DNA of 64,000 nt from Protoeuglena noctilucae (Eukaryota): the NCBI GenBank assembly GCA_958009085.1, contig OY253677.1:620001-684000 (forward strand). The letters are read 5' to 3'. Of this stretch, positions 28,454 to 40,451 are shown piece by piece. Numbering within the stretch: position 1 is the first letter of the stretch; each line of letters begins with the position of its first letter. Position numbers and translations under genes: made by a program. The notes below the pieces were generated by a model. That model worked only from the letters and a program-made list of their open reading frames with translations. It made no database searches and was not told the DNA's origin.

Positions 28454-29829
28454 GGCTCCGCGCCGCTCGCGTCACGCGCGGGTGGCGCGATGGGTGACGC
28501 GGCAGGAGCGGAGCGCAGCGCACCTGCGAGCGAAACGCGGCCGCGGGATGCGTATCGCTGAGCTGGCGGATTGTACGGGACTTTCGCCACGCGAGCGAGG
28601 CCGCGGGCACGTGCGGGGCTCCGATTTCAGCCCCGCTGCGGTCACCTCCGCACGCTGCCCTGGGCTAGGGTGCGCCCTTGGCCCGATTCGCCGCGACTTC
28701 AGCCCCACGGGCACCGCCACGTAGAAACACACGTCACCTGCGTGCGCGGAGCCCCGATGTCAGGGTGGGTCCAAGCGTGCTCACGGGGCCAGCCCCAGGG
28801 TTCCCAGGACTGCCTGGATGGGTGCTCCAAAACTCCCGCAACGCATATGAGATGTCGAGCTATCGACCTGTGGGTGCCCGCGGCCACCCCAGAGCCGGCC
28901 CAGGCTGGAGGGACGTGCAACGCGCGTCAAGGGTTGTCCCGCGGCCCTCGCCACGCCGGGGCCGGGATGCGCAGTGCGAGCGGTATCCGACACGCACCAG
29001 ATCCCGCCCAACTCACCGGCGACGAAGGATTCTCTGCGAAAAAGCACACGCGGCCCCGCGGGTCCAGCGACCGACAAAAAGCACGTCCCGAAACACCCAC
29101 AGTTCCGCTCGGCGCATTGCTTGTTACGGGACAGCCGGCGGAGCCGCTGGGAGATCAGGAGAAGCTGGTAGGGTTTGCCCGCACTTGCCAGAGTTCGGGC
29201 AGCCGGTCCAAGACTCGCCTTCGCCCAACGACCCGCTCCCAGTCACCAACGTAACTTCGTCGTGCGCAGACAGGGTCGTGACCAGGATGTCCGCGTTCGT
29301 CGGGGCCTCGTTCGTCCGGGGGGTTTCCCTCCCGGCCCCCTGCGCTTCCAGGTGCGAACCATGCCATGTACACGTTATCATGACGCCATTGTGAACACGA
29401 TGGGGCGGGCGCGTGGAGCTTGGAGTCGGGGGAAACGGATAGGCCCGGTTTCGTCCCGGCGCGGGCGAGGGAGGGCTGCTGACGGCTTGACGAGATACAT
29501 TTGTTTCCGAATTAATGGAAGGCGGCGTGGCTTTCCCTAGCCGCCGCTTGCGGCGCCGGCGCGGCCGTGGGGCTCGGGTGCTTGGCTGGCTGCGCTGCTC
29601 GCCGGGAGAGAGGCGACCTGCCCCACTCCCAGCGTAGGGTCCTGCAGCTGGTTCGTCTCTGTCCCCTTCGCCGCAGCTTTCGCTGCCGGGCCTGCGCCTG
29701 GGCTCATGGCAAAGGCCATGCGGCTTGCTCGTCGCCGTTCGACGGTCCCCGGTTGCGCCCATGCGCGTGGAAGGACCGCCTCCTCTCCCTCCTTGCACTC
29801 GCAGCTCGGGGAGCAGGTCGGTGACGTGC

Positions 29830-30309
29830 ATGGCGCAGCGCCTGCAGGGCACGGTGGTGTCGACGGCGATGCAGAAGTCGATCACCGTTTCGGTGGCCAG
29901 CCTCGTGCCGCACCCCATCTACACGAAGCGCGTGAAGGTGCGGAACGCACGGGAGCGCCTCGCCCGTCCGGATCCGGCGGCTGCGCGCGGGAGCTTCGCT
30001 GCAATGGCTGCCGCACCGCGTTATGTGCCCTCCTCCACCCTGCCCACCCGCAGTCGACCAAGATGTACATTGTGCACGACGAGGAGGGCACTGCGAAGGT
30101 CGGTGACTACGTGGAGCTGCTGCCGACCCGCCCCATCTCCAAGAACAAGCGCTTCAAGCTCGGGTGCGTGCATGGCCCGGCCTGGGCCCATTTGGGCCTG
30201 CCTGCCCTGCTCCATTGCCCATGCGCTCTGTTTGCACTTAAAGTGTACCGGCAAACTCATCGTCACTGCGTTGGTCCGTCGCAGGGAGGTCCTCCGCGAG
30301 GCCATCTGA
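29830..30309 (+). CDS. Organellar (probably plastid) ribosomal protein uS17; transit-peptide exon(s) upstream unresolved
   Basis: MAQRLQGTVVSTAMQKSITVSV..HPIYTKRVK|STKMYIVHDE..KVGDYVELLPTRPISKNKRFKL|EVLREAI* is a bacterial-type S17 sequence. Confidence 0.85.
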   Translation: MAQRLQGTVVSTAMQKSITVSVASLVPHPIYTKRVKVRNARERLARPDPAAARGSFAAMAAAPRYVPSSTLPTRSRPRCTLCTTRRALRRSVTTWSCCRPAPSPRTSASSSGACMARPGPIWACLPCSIAHALCLHLKCTGKLIVTALVRRREVLREAI

Positions 30310-30512
30310 GCCATCTGAGGTGTCAACTCTCACCAAGCGCCTGCTCCTAGACCGGACTGGGCGACCCAACCCTTGCGTTGTGACTGTGCATTCCTGCGCA
30401 GCTGAACATGAGCTAAGGCGCGCGTTTCCACGCTCCCTTGAACCGCAACGACAGCTAGTAGCGTGCTCGGCATCTACCCCGCTCGACGCAACGTGCAACC
30501 CCGACCGCCGCA

Positions 30513-32186
30513 TCACGGCTTCGGGTCCTTCCCGCCGTCCTTGTCCTCCCCGTCCTTCTTCTTCGCCTCTTCCGCCGCGTCCATCATGCTCATCTGCATC
30601 GCCATCTGAAGCTCCGGGTCCGCGTCAAACATCCCCGCATCCGCCGACCCCCCCGCCGCCCCACCCCTGGCCTCCGCCTGCAAGCACACGAGCCCCGGGG
30701 CATTCGTAACATCCGCAGCGCATCCGCGAGACGCCGCTGCCGCAGCGTGGGCGGCCACGCACCGCAGAGCCCTGCTGTGCAGCAGGGGCAGACCCCGTGC
30801 CACCCTGCGCGCCACCCTGCGCCTGGTCCCCTCGAGACAGCTCGATCGCGCGCTGCAGCAGCGCGTCCTCGTCCAAATCCATCGCGTCCGGCGCGCCGGG
30901 CGCAGCCTCCCCGCTCGCTGCAGCCGCTGTTGCAGCTGCCTGCGCCTCCTGCGCCGACATCTGCAGCGCCATCGCCATCTCCGGGTCCAGGTTCGGGTCG
31001 ACTCCGAACTGCGAGAAGCGAAACGGAGCGCACGCCGTTCTCCTGTGTCATCGAATCGCAGCCTCGCAGCGAAGAGAGCGAACGCAAACATGACTCTACC
31101 AGCAAAAAGCGCGCCCGGGCCCCGGGGAACCTCGACGCAGCGCCGCGCACCTCGTTCAGACTGCCCCCGCCGTTCTCCTGAATGATTCGCGAGGAGATGA
31201 GGCAGTCGTCCAGGTGCTGCCCCGGGTGGACCTCGACCAGCGTCGCGTTCCCGTTCTCCGCGGCCTGGAAGAAGGCCCGCAGGTCCTCGTGCGATTCGGA
31301 CTCGGATCCGAAAAGCACCAGATCGAGCGAGATGTTGTTCTTCTTGAGCTTCTTGGCGATCTTGACCAGCGCGTCGCGCGACTCCGCGATGGGGCTCCCG
31401 ACGAACAGCACGATGCGCTGACGCTGGTTCTTGTTCTCCCTGCGAGCGAGCAAATCACCGCAGTCATCGCCACGGACGCCACACCGCAGCGAGCCGGGAA
31501 GAAAGGGCACGAATGCACGCAGCGACGAGGCGACGTCCTCACCGATGCTTGAGCGCTAGCTGCGCGATCTGGATGCCCGTCGCCAGGTTGATGCGCCCCC
31601 CGACCTTCATATCATGCATGCAGTTGAGGATTTTGCCTTGGTTCTGCGGAAGGGCGGGGGGGAGCAGTTGGCGACGCGTTTCGCTCACGCACACGCCGCC
31701 CGCGCGACTATCGCGCCGTCTAGATGCACAAGGTGCAAAGACCATTAGTAAGAGTCCACTTGACACTGTCAAGGCGCGCATTTGAGCATGGGATCTTGCA
31801 CGAGGACCTTTCCATGCCCACACCGACGCCACCCAGCTCCACCTGGCCGGAGAAACCAGGCGCGGCATTGTCTACAAAGCATACATGCACACGCGGAGGG
31901 TGCCACGTCACCAGTGCTCCTGTGCTGCTGGCACAGGCTGCCTCTCCCTTTGATGGCCAAAACAGCGGGCCCCGGCCCCGAACATCACCTGCGTCGGCGT
32001 CACGACGATCGTGGGTGCCTTCCCCGCCAGCGAGAGGATACCGACGGTCGTCTCGGGGTTCCCGTCCGTCTTGGCGCTCGCGAGCACCGTGACAACATCA
32101 TGCTGCGCCTGCCACCGGCTCGGTAAGTAGTCCTCATTGAGGGCGTACTCCGAGTTGTCCACGGCAATGATGATGCATTCGCTCAT
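30513..32186 (-). CDS. RPN10: 26S proteasome ubiquitin receptor Rpn10/PSMD4
   Basis: vWA domain (IIAVDNSEY..PSRWQAQ, GIQIAQLALKHR|ENKNQRQRIVLFVGSP) followed by UIMs (DPEMAMALQMS, EDALLQRAIELS, DPELQMAMQMS). Confidence 0.95.
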
Positions 32187-32831
32187 CTTGCCAAGAGCCT
32201 CCCTGAAGCCCCACGGGGCGGCAGCACAGTTACTGGACCAGCCCTAGGCGCGAGGAGGTTTACGGACAGCACAAGGGAGCTTTCGAGTACTCGGCAGTGT
32301 GGCAAGAGCACGGGGCCAACGCAGTCGAGAGCAGCGGTGCACCCGTAGCTGACGTTCACGAGCGTCAGTTCAGTTGAGTTGCCCAATTCCCTAAACGGCC
32401 ATGCTGGACGCTGTCGACATCTCACTGACGCGCGGTTGGCTGGATCAGCAAACCAGGTTTTGGCTCGAGTTTTGCTCGCTCAAAGTCACACGTGCGCTGC
32501 GCCTTCCAAACGCTCTCCCATCCGACGCTGCGCATGCATCGCCCAGCTGCAATTCAAAAGTACCTGGCGTAGCGCGTGGCCCACTTGCAGGCGCCGGGCT
32601 GCTTTGGGGGCCCCAGCATCGGCCGGGCCTCTCTTGGACGGCCATGCGCGCGCCTGGCGCACCGTGTGCCGTGCCCGCGGCTCTAGGCTCCTCGCAATCG
32701 TTGCCGAGGCTCCTCTCCCGCGCTGCGCCTCTCCATCCGCATGCCCCGAGGCGAGTGCTGCAGTCTCCACTCGTCTAGGCCGCAGCTGTGGCCCGTCGCG
32801 GCCGCGTCGGCTTCGTGACTTCTTCGCAAGT

Positions 32832-35800
32832 ATGTCTTGTGCGCGCAGTCTACCGCGGCGGGCGCCCGCCCGGCCGCGCCGGGTCCGCACGCGCAACATG
32901 GAGGGCGCGGACCTGCAAGTCGACGCCCCCGTCGCGGCTGCGGTCGATATAAGCGGCGTCTCCGATCGCGAGACGGAGCGTCTATCTCGTTCGGACAATG
33001 CCGCGGGCCCGCACGACGCAGCCGCGGCGTCCCCGTCGCGCCACGGGGCGCCCTCAAAGCATCACGATCCCCGCCCGTCCCTGGCCCGCCGCATGCTGAG
33101 CCAAGATGGCCTGGAGGGCAACCCCCTGGAGCTATTGGAAGTCACGGAGCGTTTCTGGTCTGCGCTCAGGCACCAGAAGAGGCCTGCCAAGGGGCCGACG
33201 GTGGTGAAAGAGGATTCAGGCCCGATGCCCCCCCGGCCGGGTGTGGGTGTGGGTGTGGATGGTACGGGGCAAGGTGCGGGTGGCGGTGGAGGTTCAAAGC
33301 ACGATTACGACGCCGTGGTGTGCGGGGGTACGCTCGGGGTGGTGCTGGGGCTGGCGCTGCAGCTGCGGGGGCTGTCAGTGTGCATTGTGGAGAAGCGGCT
33401 TCTGAGGGGGCGCACGCAGGTGAGATGGGAGATGAATGGGGTGGTGTTGGTGGTGGTGTGAGATGAGGCTGTCGGTGTGCATTGTGGAGAAGCGGTTGCT
33501 GCGAGGGGGCGGCCAGAGGTGGGTCGAGGTAGCCAAGGGGAAGTGTGGGTGGGTGAGGAGTAGAGTGGCTGTGCCAATCTGTGCCTCATTGCACCCACCC
33601 ATGAGCCACTTATAATGACCATCTCACCACCACCCCCCATTCACACCCCATCACGTCACCCACCCATCCCCGCAGGAGTGGAATGCGTCATGGGACGAGC
33701 TCATGGCCCTGGTACACGAGGGCCTCATCAGCGAGTCCGAACTGCGCGACTGCGTCAAGTCCGAGTTCAATCCTATCCGAGTGGGCTTCAAGGGCATGAG
33801 GGAAGACCTCTACACTACCGACGTACTCAACATCGGGTTGGCGCCCGATGCGCTCATCTCGCGCCTGCGGGCACGATACCTGGCGGCGGGCGGGGCGTTG
33901 CACGAGCGCACTGCCTTTCGCAATGCGACGGTGTATGCGGACGGGGTGGTGGTGAGGGTGGCGCCGGAGCCAGTGGGGGCGGGGGCGGTGCTGGACGCGG
34001 GGGACGTGACACGGCCCACTCTGGCACAGGGGGACGGGTGCCAGAATCGCCAGAATGGGGAACGGGGTGGGGTGGCGGGGGGAGAGGGGGAGCGGGGTGG
34101 GGTGGCGGGTGGGGGCGAGCGTGGGGAGAGTGCGAGTGCCAGTGCGAGTGGCAGGCATGGACACAGTTACGAGGTTCAAAAGACGGGGCCTTTCGAAATC
34201 CGATCTCGTCTGGTGATCGACTGCATGGGTCATTACAGCAACATCGTGAAGCAGGCGCGTGGGGGGGGCAAACCCCCAGCGATGGTGGTGGTGGTCGGGG
34301 GGTGTCATCCGGGGGTGGCTGAGGGTGGCAACACGCATGCGGATCTGCTGTATACGTTTCAGGATGCGGAGGACGATCTGCAGATGGTGAGGGGCTTATT
34401 GGGTACCAGTGAGGTAGTGAGGGAGATAGTGGCGTGTGTGAGAGGAGCGGAGGGGCGAAGGGCGTTGTGCGTAAGTGAGAGTGACACCCGGTGTCCGGTG
34501 TGTCTCCTCATCGCAGTACTGGGAGGCGTTCCCTGCCGAGGGTGGTGCACTGAGGACCACGTACATGTTTACCTACTGCGACGCCAACGGTGAGGGACTG
34601 GTGAAGAGTGGATGGGTGTATTACTTGCATGTTCACCTGTCCTGTTACCTCCTCACTGCCACCCCTTCCCCCCCCCCCCCCCCCCCCCTCACCCCACCCA
34701 TCACCCTCATCCTCTTCCCTCCCCCCCAGCGTCGCGTCCCCCCATCGAATCCTTCCTCGACACCTATTTCCAATCCCTCCCCGACTACCAAGGAACACCC
34801 CTCGACGACCTCCGTTTCAAGCGGATCCTGTTCGGGGCATTCCCCGCCTACCCGGACGGCCCCCTGCGCCCCGCCTTCGATCGCGTGGTGCAGGCGGGGG
34901 ATGCCGCGGCCATGCAGTCGCCGCTGGTGAGGGGATATGTATTAGATGCATCATGATTAGTATCATGTGTGTACTATAATGCCACTGTACTATAATAATG
35001 ACTGCTGTACTGCTGTTTTACAATAGTACCACTGTAGTAATGCAGTAACAATAACTTACATGACATAATCAATGCCCCTTCCTCTCCCCAGTCCTTCGGC
35101 GGCTTCGGCTCCATGCTCCGCCACCTCCCCCGCCTGTCCCGGGGCCTCCACCGCGCCCTCATCCACGACCGCCTCAGCAAACGAGACCTGGCGTGGCTGC
35201 ACCCGTACCAGCCCGCCCTCTCCCTCGCCTGGCTGTACCAGCGATCCATGGCCATGCCGATTGGGGCGCTCAAGAGCACAGGCGAGACGTGATGTGCTGT
35301 GCATGTGTGGGGAAACGATCGTGCTGGGGTTGTGTGGGATGACGGTGTGAATGGGACAGTCAGTGTTGATTTGGGACATTAATGAAGCAGTACCAGTAAA
35401 TTGCTCTGTAGAACAACAATAGTAAATTTAACAGCTTCTAGAAAGCCTTGCAGCTATGCATACCAAAGCCTCACCCCCCTTTACCCTAATCACAGAGGGC
35501 GGCGGTGGCTTCGTGACCCCCTCCCACATCAACCGCCTGCTGCGGTGCAGCTTCACCGTCATGGCGTCGCTGGGGGAGTGGGTGCTCAGGCCATTCCTGC
35601 AGGTGCGTTGGCAGGGTATTGTCTCTTTGTTTGTATGGCGTAGACTGGGGACTGGGTGCCCAGGCCAATCCTGCAGGTGCATTGTGCTGGGCAATCACGA
35701 AAGTTGACCTGGGCTCACTTGCACCCGCGTTGACATATCACACGATGAAACTTAACATGACTAAAGCCCATCACTCTCACACTCATATTCTCTCCCCACT

Positions 35801-36171
35801 CAATACACCCACAGGACACGATTCAGCTCCTCCCCCTGAGCGCCACCATGCTGGGCATGATGGCACGGGACCCAATCGCCATTGCCGCCGTATTAAAACA
35901 AGTCGGGTACAGAACCCTGTTCGCCTGGTTCGGTCACTGGGTCGCCCTTTTGGCATATACGGTCGGGGCGTGGCTGGTCCGCGCTATGTGCTGCGTACCG
36001 GGGGTGCGGGGGGTGCTGGAGTCGCATTTCGTGCTTTCGTGCTTTGCGGACGCGCTGGAGTGGGGGTCCGGGATGGATCACGGGGGCAACCATCGGCGAG
36101 GGGCGGCGGGAGAGGGGGGGGAGGCAAAGGCGGCAACGACGGCAACAACCACGCCCGCCTATGCTGCATGA
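32832..36171 (+). CDS. CruP/CruA-family FAD-dependent lycopene-cyclase-like oxidoreductase with putative transit peptide
   Basis: YDAVVCGGTLG..EKRLLRGRTQ|EWNAS, RLVIDCMGH, YWEAFPA, TTYMFTY, GDAAAMQSPL|SFGGFGSMLRHL and YQPALS. Confidence 0.82.
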
Positions 36172-36630
36172 AGCAGTGCTATGGTCGATTGTCATGTTCA
36201 GCGTCATGTTTAGTACTACGGACCCTCGTTGTGGTCATGGACCGTTGTCATGGTCACGAACCATGGTGGTGGGCTGTCTGACTACTCGGTTTTCGTGCTG
36301 TGCTTTTTGTGCCGCGCACGGCCCCTGCTCGGCAAGGCAGTCTCTACAAACCCGTGGCGTGCGGCTGTTGGCTACTCACGATGAGCCAATGTGCGCATAG
36401 GTGCAGTTCAAGCGGACAATAACGTACAGCATTGAACAACAAACCCTCTCAGAATGGGCGAGTGACTGAATGAGACTCGGTCATTCTAGCCGCCGTAGCA
36501 TCTCACACCCCAGTGCCATCCGCGCCACCCTCACTGCGCCATGATGGGGTAGTAGACTGTGACTGACGCTATCATCTCAGCCCCAGCATCTCTCTCTCAG
36601 CCCCTGCCATCCAGCCCCTGCCATCCGCCC

Positions 36631-37898
36631 TCACTGCACCATGATGGGCGCGACGGCCTGGGCGCCCCACCCGCCCACCGCCCGCCCCTCCCCCACGACC
36701 CCCATCGACACGCTGCCCTCGCTGCCAGAAGCAGAGTCGGACTCTGACGAAGAGCTGGACTCATCACTCGATGAAGACTCATCATCAGATGACTCGCTCG
36801 ACGATGACTCTGATGAAGACGACTCTGACTCACTGGACGATTCAGTCGATGACGACTCGCTTGACGACGACGACTCCCCCGATGCCTCCATCAACGCAGC
36901 TGCATCTCCATAAGACGACCCCAGTCCCCCACCGTCGCTGTCACCGTCGCTGCCGCGGATGTCGACCTTGGCCCTCGTCAGCGCCACCAGGGGCACCGCG
37001 CCCTCCTCCACGTTGGCGATGGCGAAGGCGTAGCGGACCTGGCCGAGGGACAGCTTCTGCGGGGCAGGAAAGCAGTCACAGGGTATGGGGGGTGTGGGGC
37101 GGGGCGAGAAGAGAGGTGTTGTGGCAAGGAGTGCGACACGCAGCGATGGGTGCTGCATGTGCTCTTATCGCTCATAAGCAGCAACAGTTGGCATTGCAAC
37201 GCCATGCTCGGTCTCTCAGGAACAGCGCAGCGCACCTTGGCGTTCAGCGGCCCCGGTCCCTCGGCGTGGGGCGCGGGCGTGATGCTGAAGCTGACGTCCA
37301 CGCACGTGAGCTGGTTGGAGTCGTCGTCGACCGCCACCAAATGCACCGAGTAGTTGCCCGCGGGAACGACGGGCGGGAGCTTCTCCTGCGCGTATTAAAA
37401 CATCGCAAAAGAGTCGCCTCGGGAACGGCGCGCTCGCTGCGGCGCGCGCGGCCCGCGGCGACGACGCGGACGCACCGTGGCGTGAATGACGATCTGCCCG
37501 GGCTGCACGGGGCAGTCAGTCCGCGAGCAGAGGTCGTCGAGCTCGTGCCAGATGGGGATGCCTTGGACCTTCACGTCGATGGTCACCTTGCCGCTCTCGA
37601 CCGTCACTGAGGGGCGCGACCGATAGTATGGGTGTCATTCTGCGCGACAGTCGGGCCCTCGGGCCCGTCGAGCGCTGCCACGCGCGCGGGGCGCACCTGA
37701 CGAGTCGCAGATGACCTGGATGTTCAGCAGGTCGCCCGGGTGGGGCTCCGGCGGGTCGAGCACGACGTCCGTGACCACGATGGGGGAATCATCGGCACCG
37801 CAGGTCCGGAACGAGGGCTCGTTCGCCCCAGCCGCGAGGGCAGCGGGGGCGAGCCACAGGCCCAGGAGGGGCGCGAGGAGGGCCAGGCGCCGCGCCAT
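36631..37898 (-). CDS. Secreted ML (MD-2/NPC2-like lipid-recognition) domain protein with Ser/Glu-rich C-tail
   Basis: Signal peptide MARRLALLAPLLGLWLAPAALA, then FRTCG..VVLDPPEPHPGD, DLCSRTDCPVQPG, PAGNYSV and LTCVDV, with the ML-domain cysteine pattern. Confidence 0.85.
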
Positions 37899-38168
37899 CG
37901 AGGCGGGCCCGCGAACAATCGAAGGACACAGGCTCGAACGCGCGGGCGCACGGGCTCAAGGGCGCGCGAGGAAGGCGGAGTCGACCGAGCGTGATGCACG
38001 AGACTTTGCGAAGTGTTTATGCAGAATAGCGGGGATCTTCAAGCAGCAACCGAGGCAGAAGAGGCTGCAGAATGGCACGGAAGTAGCGCGGAGCTACAGC
38101 GACGAGCGGCGAGACAGCAAACGAAGGACTGACGCAATTCCAGCGAGCCGTGCAGTTAATCGGGCGCT

Positions 38169-40092
38169 TTACTTGGACGTTTTCAGCCATTTCGGAACTC
38201 CCCGAGGCTGGTGCACCTGCTGGTTGCGCGCCAGCGTGCTCTCGCTGAAGTCCGCGGCGCCACCAACTCCCGTGACGACGCCCCCGTCCGCCTCCGCCTC
38301 ATTGCTCCGCGACCCCTCAGCGGCCGCGACCGGCGGCGTCGGGGACTCCATCCGCGGCGCCGCGCCCCTCCTCCGCATCGCAGCCTCGGAAAGCAGCGCG
38401 GCGGGACCCCCTCCCGCACCAGCCCTGAACCCAACGTGCACGTTGGCGTTGGGCACCAGCCCCACCTGCGAGCATCACAGTAACTAACAGACAGTTCTTG
38501 TCATGCGATGCTACATCATGGCCCTTGACAAGCACAGCACTTGGCTTGGTCACTACCCCCAGGTCCGTCCATCAGCATCAGCACATGCGCACGCTTACGG
38601 CCCTCTCATTGCTAATGAGACTCGCCAAGCACCGGCTGCTTCTCTCATCCCCTCGCCTGGAACAGCGTCTTGTCCAGGTCGTCGCCCCCCAGCTCCCGCT
38701 TGGGAGGCGTCGTGTACAGATGCGCCGCCTCTGCCAGTCCCGGCGCCAGCAGCAGCTTGAGCAGGCTGTAGAGCGTCCGCGCCCGGTGCGTCGCCTGGAA
38801 CTCCGCCTGCACGATGGTGCCCTGGGCGTCGGGGAGCAGATACCTGCGACGCAAACGATAGGCAAGGTCAGTGTCACAGGAAGGAACATCGCCTCGTCTG
38901 TGTCGAGCAGCACAGAAAGCCCTTGGCAAACACAGTGATGAACGCATCAAATCCAACACCACCTCACCGGATGTGTACGACCCCCATGGCCTGCGCCCTC
39001 TGCATCTCTTCTCGCTCCCGCATCGCACGTGTCGCCATCGTCTTTGGCTCCCGCGCCACCGACCGCCGATGCTCGTCCATCAGGCGCCCGTAGTCCTCCG
39101 GCGTCAAGTCAAAGTACTCTGGCGGCAGCTCCTCGGACGCAATCGCACCCACGGACGGCCCCGTGCTCTGCAGCACAACACGCAGCACTGAGACCGTCGT
39201 TCCCCGCCGCACCCCCTTTGCCACCCCGCCCCAACTGCCCTTTCTCGCCTTCAGATCCTCGCGCGTAAACACGAGCACGTTCCTCCGCTCAAACACCTCC
39301 TCGGGGGTCAGGGGCGGCTGGGCTGCATTCGCGCCAGCACCGGCTTGCGCTTGGGCAGGCTCCGTCATTGGCGCAGAGCCCCAGTCGATCTTGATACCGC
39401 CGCCGATGTTGGTGCCGGGTCGCGAGGGTGAGATAGAAGAGGGCACGTCCCACGGGATGCCCGACCCGGCCGGGCGGGAGCTGGGCGGTTGCGGCGCAGC
39501 GCTCGCGGGCCCTGCAGCGCCTTCGCCGCGCCGCGAGGTCGCCGGCCCGGCGTCCCCCGACCTCCCTTTCTGACCAAACTGCTTCTCCAGCTGCCAGTCG
39601 GTCGACTGCGCCTGCGCCAAAGCGGGCTCGCGAGCAGGCCCGCAGTACTCCACCTCGAGGTTCGCGCCTGCGTGCGAACGGCGGGGACGCGTCCAGATCC
39701 CGCGTCGTCCATGTGTACATAGCACACAAATGGTCGCAGGCGGAGCGTCTTCTGCGAGAGAGATAGTCTTGGTGCGCGAGGAAAGACACCCTCTGCGCTT
39801 GCCTGCCGGGATGTTGGCGAAGCGTATCGGTTCGTCCAGATCCAGCTTCTTCCGCGCATGCATAAGAGAGCAGTGCTGCACGCTCCATGACCCCTTGCCC
39901 GCCTGCGAACGAGGACGCGGCTGGGAGGGGTGCGTTGGGACCGGGGCACGCCCACGGCCTTCCCCCTGCGCGCTACTGGGGCCAACTCCTCGCCTGCCGG
40001 AGCGCGTCCTCCAAAATCTGCTGCAGCTTCGTCATGGGCGTCGTCTTCACCGCATACCGCTTACCCTCGATGCGCACGCCGAGCGAGGACAT
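38169..40092 (-). CDS. ASPSCR1/TUG(PUX1)-like UBX domain protein
   Basis: N-terminal UBL (RYAVKTTPMTKLQQILEDA, KKLDLDEPIRFANIP), EELPPEYFDLTPED, UBX domain (IR|YLLPD..QAEF..LYTTPPK, GLVPNANVH) and C-terminal VPKWLK. Confidence 0.85.
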
Positions 40093-40451
40093 CGCGGCCG
40101 TCCTCTGACTCGCGGCCCGGCCCCGGGATCGCAGAGACCACTTGACAGCGTCTGCAAGGGCGTCTAGAAACACAGTATTGCAATTTTGGGCTGATTTTCT
40201 CGTCCATTATGTCAAACGGAGCTCGTGTCGGTAGGGTTCGCCGGGGGGTGTGACCCAAAACAGGTCCGGCGAGCAAAAGAGCGCCTTCAGTGTGCAGCCG
40301 ACCAACACATCTGTCATCGCTGCGCGTGCATCGCATCCCGCTCGTCCGTCAGCGTTGGCGGCGAGAGGCTTGTCGAGCGTGACCGCGATTGGCGGCTGAC
40401 TTTGGCTCGTGCGGCGTCATCGAAGTTATCTAGACATTCCTGTTACATCGG

